Below the pieces are notes generated by a model. It was not told the origin of the DNA and made no database searches. It worked only from the letters and a program-made list of their open reading frames with translations. Both the position numbers and the translations under genes were made by a program. A stretch of DNA of 32,000 nucleotides from Pseudomonas aeruginosa (GTDB lineage: Bacteria; Pseudomonadota; Gammaproteobacteria; Pseudomonadales; Pseudomonadaceae), in contig NZ_LN831024.1 in the NCBI RefSeq assembly GCF_001457615.1, positions 1,860,001 through 1,892,000 on the forward strand, read 5' to 3'. Of this stretch, positions 16,605 to 25,357 are shown piece by piece. Every line of letters starts with the position of its first letter. Within the stretch, counting starts at the first letter, position 1.

Positions 16605-16628
16605 CTAGTCGAGATCGACGGCGGTGAT
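16605..16628 (-). promoter_or_regulatory. LysR-type (nod-box / MexT-type) binding site upstream of the DUF2790 gene
   Basis: The minus strand reads ATCA-CCGCC-GTCGAT-CTCG-ACTAG. This matches ATCA(N5)GTCGAT(N4)ACYAT at 14 of 15 specified positions and contains ATC-N9-GAT. It lies 174-197 nt upstream of the ATG, in the correct orientation. Confidence 0.6.
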
Positions 16629-16677
16629 GATTGCCGCGAAAAGGCCCGTTGCAGAGCCTTTGACAAGGTCACCCAGG

Positions 16678-16702
16678 CCGGGCGGCGCGAGCCGCCGCCC
16701 GG
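16678..16702 (-). terminator. GC hairpin after the ABC exporter gene; possible terminator
   Basis: 10-bp stem CCGGGCGGCG / CGCCGCCCGG with a 5-nt loop, 11 nt after the stop. There is no U-tract. Confidence 0.35.
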
Positions 16703-16712
16703 TGCCGAGGCT

Positions 16713-18545
<1,833 letters not shown>

Positions 18546-18562
18546 GATGGCTCTCTTCTGGA

Positions 18563-18583
18563 GCGGGCCCGTCCTGGGCCCGC
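18563..18583 (-). terminator. GC hairpin between ppiA and the ABC gene
   Basis: GCGGGCCC pairs with GGGCCCGC in an 8-bp stem with a 5-nt loop and no U-tract. It may be an RNA processing or stability element rather than a terminator. Confidence 0.25.
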
Positions 18584-18607
18584 CGGATCAAGCCCCTGCG
18601 GCTGGAC

Positions 18608-19171
18608 TCAGAGGCGTTTGGCGGACAGGATCACCACGTCGTCGCTCGGCACGTCGGCGAAGCCGTTGCGGCGGGTGGTGGGAACCTTGGCGATCTGGTC
18701 GACCACGCCCATGCCACGCACCACCTTGCCGAACACGGCATAGCCGAAGTCGCGGGCACCATGGTTGAGGAAGTCGTTGTCGGTCAGGTTGATGAAGAAC
18801 TGGCTGGTGGCCGAATCGACCACTCCGGTACGGGCCATGGCGAGGGTGCCGCGCTCGTTGAGCAGGCCGTTGTCGGCCTCGTTCTTGATCGGTGCACGGG
18901 TCTTCTTCTCCTGCATGCCGGCGCTGAAGCCGCCGGTCTGCACCATGAAGCCCGGGATCACGCGGTGGAACAGGGTGCCGTCGTAGTAGCCGCTGTCGAC
19001 GTACTCGAGGAAGTTCTTCACGCTGATCGGCGCCTTGGCCGGATCGAGTTCTACCTCGATCTCGCCGAGGCTGGTGGCGATCAGGACGTGCGGCTTGGCG
19101 GCAGGCGTGGCGGCCAGCAGGGAACCGGCGAAGAGCAGGGTGCAGGCGGCGATCAGGAGACGTTTGAGCAT
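18608..19171 (-). CDS. ppiA: Periplasmic cyclophilin-type peptidyl-prolyl cis-trans isomerase A
   Basis: 187 aa with the signal peptide [20 protein letters not shown] and the cyclophilin core [14 protein letters not shown]. Confidence 0.95.
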
Positions 19172-19980
19172 GGTTGTTCCTTGGTTTTATCGATATCGGC
19201 GAGGAAGCCGAGCAGGGTGGTGTTGAAAATCTCGGGTTGGTCCATCGGCGTGGCGTGGCGGGAGTCCTCCACCACCACCAGGCGGGCGTCGGCGATCCGC
19301 TCGCAATAGGCCTGCTTCAGCGATACCGGCGTGTAGTCGCGATCCGCGCTGATCACCAGGGTCGGACAGGCGATCTCGGCCAATCGTTCCTGCACGCCCC
19401 AGCCGATGATCGCGTCGAGGCTGGCCAGGTAGGCGCGCTTGTCGTTCTCCGCCCAGCGCGCCTCGATCTTCTCTCGCAGCCCGGCCTGTTCCGCCTTGGG
19501 AAACAACAGCCGGCCGAGGGCGCGGCCGATGGTCCGCAGGCTGAGCAGGCGCGAGAGGAGCTTGCGCTTGGCCACCTCCAGATGTTCGCGAGGCTTGCGC
19601 GGGATGACTTCCGGAGTGCTGTTGACGATGGTCAGGCTGCGCAGCAGGTCGGGTCGGTCGCAGGCCAACTGGAAGCCGATCATCCCGCCCATGCTGATGC
19701 CGACCAGGTGTACCGGGCCGCAGCCGAGCCGGTCGAGCAGCGCCGCGCAGTCCTCGGCGAAGCCGGCCATGCTGTAGCCGCCGCGCGGCTTGCCGGAGCG
19801 GCCGTGGCCGCGCAGGTCCGGGACCAGCAGGCGGTAGTGGCCCAGCAGGGCCGGCAACTGGTATTCCCAGTCGCGGGCGCTCGAACCGAGACCGTGCAGC
19901 AGCAGGACCGGCGCGCGCTCGGTGGGACCGGGGTGGTCGTCGTAGACGAGGGTGCAGTCGCGGTGCTGGAAGTCAGGCAT
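19153..19980 (-). CDS. Alpha/beta hydrolase fold protein
   Basis: 275 aa with the oxyanion block LLLHGLGSS and the nucleophile elbow GISMGG. A C-terminal H lies in [11 protein letters not shown]. The 3' end overlaps the ppiA start by 19 nt. Confidence 0.9.
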
Positions 19981-19986
19981 CTGCGT

Positions 19987-20916
19987 TCACTCGGCGGCCG
20001 GTTCGGGCGCCGCGAAGGGCGCGTTGAGCGGTACGTTGGCGAACGACTTGAGCATTTCCATGAGGATCTGGCTGGCCGGGCCGAGCGGCTTTTCCTTGTT
20101 GGTGTAGAGGTAGAAGCGGCTCTGCCGCACGCCGCCCTGGCTCAGCGGCAGCGGCTTGAGCTGGCCACTCTGCAGTTCGCGCTCGATGATGTGTCGCGGC
20201 AGCCAGGCGAAGCCCAGGCCGTTGCCGACGAAGGTCGCCGCGGTAGCCAGGCTGCCCACCGTCCAGCGCTGTTCGGCGCCCAGCCAGCCGTGGTCGCGCG
20301 GCTGTAGCCGGCCGCTGTCGCGGATCACCACCTGCATCTGGGTTTCCAGGTCCTGGTGGGTCAGTTCGCGTTGCAGGCGGTGCAGCGGATGGTCGGGGTG
20401 GGCCACGGCGACGAACTCGACCACGCTGAGGTCGGCGCCGAGGTGGCCGGGAATGATCAGGCCGCTGATCGCCAGGTCGGCGGCGCCCTGGATCAGCGCT
20501 TCCTCGACGCCGGAGAGCACTTCCTCGCGCAGCAGCACGCGACAGCCGCGGCTCTGCGGCATGAAGGCGGACAGCGAGCGGACGATCCGCGCGGTGGGGT
20601 AGGCGGCGTCCACCACCAGGCGCACCTCGGGTTCCCAGCCCTGTTCCATGTGGTGCGCCAGTTCCTCCAGTTGCCCGGCCTGCTTGACCAGTTGCCGCGA
20701 ACGGCGCAGCAATACTTCGCCGGCCTCGGTCAGCACCGCCTTGCGTCCGTCGATGCGCAGCAGCGGCACGCCGAGCTGTTCCTGCATGCGCGCCACGGTA
20801 TAGCTGATCGACGATTGCGAGCGGTGCAGGGCTTCCGCGGCCTGGGCGAAGCCGCCGTGGTCGACCACCGCCTGCAGGGTCCGCCATTGGTCCAGGGTTA
20901 CGCGTGGCGCTTTCAT
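19987..20916 (-). CDS. LysR family transcriptional regulator
   Basis: 309 aa with an N-terminal wHTH (LQAVVDHGGFAQAAEALHRSQSSISYTVARMQEQLG) and a GAGGAGG SD. Its stop is only 6 nt before the hydrolase start on the same strand. Confidence 0.93.
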   Translation of the reverse strand: MKAPRVTLDQWRTLQAVVDHGGFAQAAEALHRSQSSISYTVARMQEQLGVPLLRIDGRKAVLTEAGEVLLRRSRQLVKQAGQLEELAHHMEQGWEPEVRLVVDAAYPTARIVRSLSAFMPQSRGCRVLLREEVLSGVEEALIQGAADLAISGLIIPGHLGADLSVVEFVAVAHPDHPLHRLQRELTHQDLETQMQVVIRDSGRLQPRDHGWLGAEQRWTVGSLATAATFVGNGLGFAWLPRHIIERELQSGQLKPLPLSQGGVRQSRFYLYTNKEKPLGPASQILMEMLKSFANVPLNAPFAAPEPAAE

Positions 20917-21115
20917 TTCCGCCTCCTCGAATGCAGGGATGCCTCGCCGGCGTTTCCGCGGCCGGCAGGCGATGACGAGTGCGCCGGAGGGGCGACTTCG
21001 CTTATCGTGTCGTCGGCGTCCTGTACGGGGTAGCTGTCCATTCTCTTGACGTACGGGATGCCGTGGTTTTCAGGGTGTTGCCATTTTTCCATCTGTCGCT
21101 ACCGGGAGTCCGGCC

Positions 21116-21433
21116 ATGAAAAGGCTTTGCTGTTTCGCACTATCGCTGCTGCCCCTGTCCGCTTTCGCCTATCCGATCGAGGTCGACCCGCAACTCAACG
21201 GCACCGAGGTCTCCTACAGCACCCAGGACATCGGGCGCGACATGGGCGCGATCCTTCTCACCAACCTGGGAGGCCAGGCGGCAGAGTGCACGGCGGTGTT
21301 CCGCAACGGCCCGGAGACCCCGAAAGTGCGCAAGGGCGTGATCCAGCCCGGGCAGAACAGCAACTTCACCGCGCAGTTCGGCCGCGACATCATCAAGTTG
21401 CGGATCAAGCTGACCTGCAAGATCGCGAAATAG
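21116..21433 (+). CDS. Small secreted protein of unknown function
   Basis: 105 aa with the signal peptide MKRLCCFALSLLPLSAFA/YP. The mature ~87-aa part has two Cys (AAECTAV, LTCKIAK). It is divergent from the LysR gene and has a GGGAG SD. Confidence 0.7.
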   Translation: MKRLCCFALSLLPLSAFAYPIEVDPQLNGTEVSYSTQDIGRDMGAILLTNLGGQAAECTAVFRNGPETPKVRKGVIQPGQNSNFTAQFGRDIIKLRIKLTCKIAK

Positions 21434-21474
21434 AGCGTTCTCTCACCGAAAGACTAGGTGGTGCCTGTTTATAA

Positions 21475-21498
21475 ATCAACCTGGTCGATATTTAACAG
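21475..21498 (+). promoter_or_regulatory. LysR-type (nod-box / MexT-like) box upstream of azoR
   Basis: ATCA-ACCTG-GTCGAT-ATTT-AACAG. The ATCA(N5)GTCGAT core, which contains ATC-N9-GAT, is an exact match. The distal ACYAT part matches 3 of 5. The box lies 82-105 nt upstream of the azoR ATG. Confidence 0.5.
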
Positions 21499-21514
21499 CG
21501 GTTTTTTCAACTTT

Positions 21515-21526
21515 TTAATCGATTAA
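21515..21526. promoter_or_regulatory. Perfect 12-bp palindrome TTAATCGATTAA in the azoR promoter region; candidate operator
   Basis: It is perfectly self-complementary and sits in a strikingly AT-rich stretch about 55 nt upstream of the azoR ATG. Confidence 0.3.
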
Positions 21527-21579
21527 TCATTCTCTACCCTCACCTCCATCGTTGTAGCGCAGTGGGTGGAGGTCGAGTC

Positions 21580-22221
21580 ATGTCCCGTGTCCTGGTTATC
21601 GAGAGCAGTGCCCGCCAACGGGGCTCGGTTTCCCGCCTGCTGACGGCGGAATTCATCTCCCACTGGAAAATCGCGCATCCCGCTGATCGCTTCCAGGTTC
21701 GCGACCTGGCGCGCGAGCCGCTGCCGCACCTCGATGAATTATTGCTGGGAGCCTGGACCACCCCCTGTGATGGCCATAGCGCTGCGGAAAGGCGCGCCCT
21801 CGAGCGTTCCAATCGCCTGACCGAGGAGTTGCGGATGGCGGACGTGCTGGTGCTGGCGGCACCGATGTACAACTTCGCCATTCCCAGCAGCCTGAAGAGC
21901 TGGTTCGACCATGTGCTGCGCGCCGGCCTGACCTTCCGTTACGCCGAGCAGGGGCCGGAAGGCCTGCTACAGGGCAAGCGCGCCTTCGTTCTCACCGCCC
22001 GCGGCGGGATCTACGCCGGCGGTGGTCTCGATCACCAGGAACCCTATCTGCGCCAGGTGCTGGGCTTCGTCGGCATCCACGACGTCACCTTCATCCACGC
22101 GGAGGGCATGAACATGGGCCCGGAATTCCGTGAGAAAGGCCTGGCGCGAGCCCGTGAGCGGATGCGGCAGGCGCTGGAAACCGACACCTCCCTTTGCGTC
22201 CCTCTGCCAACGCTCCGGTGA
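21580..22221 (+). CDS. azoR: FMN-dependent NADH-azoreductase / quinone reductase (AzoR family)
   Basis: The track ORF was trimmed to MSRVLVIESSARQRGSVSR, with a GGAGG SD 7-11 nt upstream. It has the flavodoxin-like FMN reductase blocks (VLAAPMYNFAIPSSLKSWFD). Confidence 0.92.
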   Translation: MSRVLVIESSARQRGSVSRLLTAEFISHWKIAHPADRFQVRDLAREPLPHLDELLLGAWTTPCDGHSAAERRALERSNRLTEELRMADVLVLAAPMYNFAIPSSLKSWFDHVLRAGLTFRYAEQGPEGLLQGKRAFVLTARGGIYAGGGLDHQEPYLRQVLGFVGIHDVTFIHAEGMNMGPEFREKGLARARERMRQALETDTSLCVPLPTLR

Positions 22222-22233
22222 TTGGACGCAGCA

Positions 22234-22276
22234 CCCGGTCGAACCCCTTCCCCCGCGTGTTCGACCGGGTTTTTTT
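22234..22276 (+). terminator. Strong rho-independent terminator after azoR
   Basis: 11-bp stem CCCGGTCGAAC / GTTCGACCGGG with a 14-nt loop, followed by T7. Confidence 0.88.
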
Positions 22277-22324
22277 ATTCCCTGCGGACTTTCGATGGTT
22301 GCCGGTGTGACGGCCGGGGCGGAT

Positions 22325-23224
22325 TCAGGCGCGCTCGGGATCGCCTCGTTCGTCGCCGACTGCGGTTTTCCTGCCCCGTGCACCGAGGCGCGCCGACAGC
22401 ACGATGGCGAGGATGATCAGGGCACCGCCGAGGAACATCCGCGGCCCCGGCGTCTCATGGAACAGCAGCCAGGCGAAGGCGATCCCGTAGACCGGCTCCA
22501 GGGCGAATACCAGCGCCGCGGTGCGGGCCTTGACCACCGCCAGGCTGGCCACGAACAGGCTGTGCGCCAGGCCGGTGCAGAAGACGCCCAGCAGGGCCAG
22601 CCAGAGCCAGTCGAGAGCGGGTAGCGCCGGTAGTTCGCCGACCGCGAATGGCAGCAGGCACAGGGCGACTACCAGGTTCTGCCAGAGCGCCGCCTGCACC
22701 GGGCCGACCTGCCCGCTGTTGCTACGGTTGGCCAGCGACAGCAGGGCGAACAGCAGGCCGGAAAGGATCGCCCAGAGCAGGCCGAGGGTGGCGCCGCTGG
22801 CGAGGTCGAAGTTCGGCGTGACCAGCACCAGGCCAAGGCTGACCAGGACCACCAGCAGTCCTTCCGCGAGATGAATGCGCTCGCGGAAGAGCAGCCCTTC
22901 GAGGATTACCGTGAAGGCCGGGAAGCTGGCGAAGCCGAGGGTGGCGATGGCCACGCCGGCGGTCTTCACGGCGATGAAGAAACTCACCCAGTGGCCGGCC
23001 AGGAGCAGGCCGCAGAGCGCCAGGCGCAGCCATTGCGCGGGTCCCAGGGCGCGCCAGGCCTGGCCCGCGAGGCGGGCGAAGAGGCCGAGGGCGAGCACCG
23101 CGAACAGCGCACGACCGAACACGATCACCCCGGGGGAGGCGCTGGCCAGCTTGCCGAACACCCCGGTCAGGCCGAAGAGGAGGGCGCCGCCGTGCAGGGC
23201 GGCGAGGGCGGAACGTCGATTCAT
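22325..23224 (-). CDS. EamA/DMT-superfamily transporter
   Basis: 299 aa with about 10 hydrophobic helices in the two-repeat EamA architecture. It lies 9 nt downstream of csaA. Confidence 0.85.
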   Translation of the reverse strand: MNRRSALAALHGGALLFGLTGVFGKLASASPGVIVFGRALFAVLALGLFARLAGQAWRALGPAQWLRLALCGLLLAGHWVSFFIAVKTAGVAIATLGFASFPAFTVILEGLLFRERIHLAEGLLVVLVSLGLVLVTPNFDLASGATLGLLWAILSGLLFALLSLANRSNSGQVGPVQAALWQNLVVALCLLPFAVGELPALPALDWLWLALLGVFCTGLAHSLFVASLAVVKARTAALVFALEPVYGIAFAWLLFHETPGPRMFLGGALIILAIVLSARLGARGRKTAVGDERGDPERA

Positions 23225-23233
23225 GGGGATCCT

Positions 23234-23569
23234 TCAGGCCAGGCGCGCACCGTTGGGCAGGGGCTTGTCGAAGCCGGCCAGGACCACCTTGTCCTCGCTA
23301 TCGTAGACCCCGGTGACCAGGACCTCCGAGCGCACCCCGGCGATCTGCTTCGGAGCGAAGTTGCAGACGCAGAGGACCTGGCGTCCGACCAGTTGCTCGG
23401 CCTGGTAGTGTGCGGTCAGTTGCGCGCTGGAGGTGCGCAGGCCGAGCGGTCCGAGGTCGACCTCGAGGACATAGGCGGGTTTGCGTGCCTTGGGGTTGGG
23501 AGCGGCGCTGAGGATGGTGCCGACGCGCAGTTCGACGCGTTCGAAATCCTGCCATTCGATGATGTCCAT
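23234..23569 (-). CDS. csaA: tRNA-binding-domain chaperone-like protein CsaA
   Basis: 111 aa with an OB-fold tRNA_bind pattern (VELRVGTILSA...VLCVCNFAPKQIAGVRSEVLV). Confidence 0.88.
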   Translation of the reverse strand: MDIIEWQDFERVELRVGTILSAAPNPKARKPAYVLEVDLGPLGLRTSSAQLTAHYQAEQLVGRQVLCVCNFAPKQIAGVRSEVLVTGVYDSEDKVVLAGFDKPLPNGARLA

Positions 23570-23633
23570 GCTGACTCCTGTTCTGTCGATGGGCAGAGAG
23601 TAAGGAGTCGTGACGGATTTGTCTGTCGTGCGG

Positions 23634-24398
23634 CTAGCCGGTTTTGTCGCGGGACTCGCGACGCAGTTGTCGCGGGGTGACGCCGAACTCGCGGACCAGC
23701 GCTGCGGTGAAGGCGCTCTGCGAGGCGTAGCCGACCCGGGCGGCGATCTCGCCCACCGCCAGGCTGCTCTCCAGCAACAGTTCGTGGGCCTGGTGCAGGC
23801 GTCGGCTGCGCGCGTAGTCCATGGGCGTCTGTCCGGTCTCGGCGAGGAACAGGCTGTGGAAGCGCGCCACCGAAAGACCGGCCAGCCGCGCCAGGTCGGC
23901 TACCTGTAGCGGATGGGCGGCATGGCGGTCGAGGTAGGCGTCGAGGCTGGCCAGTGGCAGGCGGGGCTGCTGGCGCGGCGGCTGGCGCTCGCTGGCCAGG
24001 CTGGCGAGGAGCAGGCCGGCGCCCTGGTGGGCGATCACCGGGTCGTTGATCGGGCCGCTGGCCAGCCAGTTCACCAGTTGGCCCTGGGCGGGCGTCAGCG
24101 ACAGCGCCTGCGGTCGCTCGAACAGCCGCCGACCGGCTTCGGCGTGTTCGCCCAGGCCCAGCAGCAGGCTGCCGTCGCAGGGCAGGTCGAGGACCAGGCA
24201 GCGGCTGCCGGCGGGACTCGAGCAGGCATGCCGGGCTTGCGCCGGCACCACCGCGAAGGTCTGCCGCAACACGCGGCTGCCGCGCCCCTCGACCTCGAAG
24301 TCGAGGCAGCCGCTGAGGCCCAGGACCAATTGGGCATGGTCATGGCTGTGGACGATCTGGTCGTGGCTGTAGTGGCGCAGGGAAAGGATCGAACCCAT
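23634..24398 (-). CDS. AraC family transcriptional regulator (cupin-like N-terminus)
   Basis: 254 aa with a C-terminal double HTH (VADLARLAGLSVARFHSLF ... IAARVGYASQSAFTAALVREFGVTPRQLR). It is divergent from plcP. Confidence 0.9.
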   Translation of the reverse strand: MGSILSLRHYSHDQIVHSHDHAQLVLGLSGCLDFEVEGRGSRVLRQTFAVVPAQARHACSSPAGSRCLVLDLPCDGSLLLGLGEHAEAGRRLFERPQALSLTPAQGQLVNWLASGPINDPVIAHQGAGLLLASLASERQPPRQQPRLPLASLDAYLDRHAAHPLQVADLARLAGLSVARFHSLFLAETGQTPMDYARSRRLHQAHELLLESSLAVGEIAARVGYASQSAFTAALVREFGVTPRQLRRESRDKTG

Positions 24399-24461
24399 GG
24401 CGAAGCTCCCGGAGGCAGGCGCCCAGTCTACCCGCTGGCGCCGGCGACAGACAGTCGCGCC

Positions 24462-24501
24462 CTGTCACGCAACGGTCGCCGGCCTGTCACAGTCGTTTCA
24501 C
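24462..24501 (+). promoter_or_regulatory. Tandem Pho boxes (PhoB binding array) in the plcP-agt promoter
   Basis: CTGTCAC-GCAA-CGGTCGC-CGGC-CTGTCAC-AGTC-GTTTCAC is four 7-bp units on an exact 11-bp period, equivalent to two Pho boxes. A possible -10 (CAAGAT) lies at 24512-24517 and the ATG is at 24545. Confidence 0.7.
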
Positions 24502-24544
24502 CGGCGCCGTCCAAGATCGGAAAAACACCGTCGGAGACCCGCCG

Positions 24545-25357
24545 ATGAGCACCGCGCAACGCTTCACCTCGAACCGCAAGCAGCGGGTTCGGACCCTGTG
24601 GATCTCGGATGTCCACCTGGGGACGCGGGATTGCCAGGCCGAACACCTGGCGGCGTTCCTCAAGCGCTACCACGCCGATCGCATCTACCTGGTGGGCGAC
24701 ATCATCGACGGCTGGAAGCTGCGCGGCGGCATCTACTGGCCGCAGGCGCACACCAACGTGATCCGCCGCCTGCTCACCCTGAGCAAGCGCGGCACCGAGG
24801 TGATCTACGTCACCGGCAACCATGACGAATTCCTGCGCCGCTATTCGAGCCTGATCCTCGGCAACATCCGCCTGGTCGACGAGGCGGTGCACAGTACCGC
24901 CGACGGCCGCAAGCTGCTGGTGATACACGGCGACCAGTTCGACGTGATCACCCGCTACCACCGCTGGCTGGCGTTCCTCGGCGACTCCGCCTACGAGTTC
25001 ACCCTGCTCCTCAACCGTTGGCTGAACCACTGGCGGCGGCGCTGGGGCTACGGCTACTGGTCGCTGTCGGCGTACCTCAAGCACAAGGTCAAGACCGCGG
25101 TGAACTTCATCAGCGACTTCGAGGAAGCCATCGCCCACGAGTGTCACAAGCGCGGGCTCGACGGGGTGGTCTGCGGGCACATCCACCATGCCGAGATCCG
25201 CCGCATCGAGGGCGTCGACTACCTCAACTGCGGCGACTGGGTAGAATCCTGCACGGCGCTGATCGAACACTGGGACGGCAGCATCCAGCTCTACCGCCTG
25301 GCCGAGGAGCAGGCGCGGCTGGCGGCGCAGGCCGCGGCGGTCGAGCCGGCGGCATGA
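24545..25357 (+). CDS. plcP: Calcineurin-like metallophosphoesterase, LpxH-related; phospholipase C PlcP type
   Basis: 270 aa with the metallophosphatase motifs WISDVHLG, VGDIIDGW, TGNHDE, VIHGD and CGHIH. The symbol is from memory of the P-stress lipid remodelling literature. Confidence 0.85.
   Translation: MSTAQRFTSNRKQRVRTLWISDVHLGTRDCQAEHLAAFLKRYHADRIYLVGDIIDGWKLRGGIYWPQAHTNVIRRLLTLSKRGTEVIYVTGNHDEFLRRYSSLILGNIRLVDEAVHSTADGRKLLVIHGDQFDVITRYHRWLAFLGDSAYEFTLLLNRWLNHWRRRWGYGYWSLSAYLKHKVKTAVNFISDFEEAIAHECHKRGLDGVVCGHIHHAEIRRIEGVDYLNCGDWVESCTALIEHWDGSIQLYRLAEEQARLAAQAAAVEPAA

Noticed and set aside
20917-21115. Search for a LysR T-N11-A / ATC-N9-GAT box in the LysR / secreted-protein divergent region. 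A direct repeat GTACGGG (21023 and 21051) was noted.
   Set aside because: No ATC-N9-GAT dyad is present. The 7-mer repeat is short and GC-rich and has no supporting dyad symmetry, so it is not reportable as a site.
21434-21560. An AT-rich patch considered as a scar of horizontal transfer or an integration site.
   Set aside because: It is only about 100 bp and purely intergenic. The flanking genes have normal GC and codon usage, there are no flanking direct repeats beyond the regulatory palindromes, and no tRNA or integrase is nearby.
21554-21569. GTAGCGCAGTGGGTGG, which resembles a tRNA D-arm.
   Set aside because: No acceptor stem, anticodon arm or T-arm (GTTCRANYC) can be built around it. 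The region is the azoR leader and SD.
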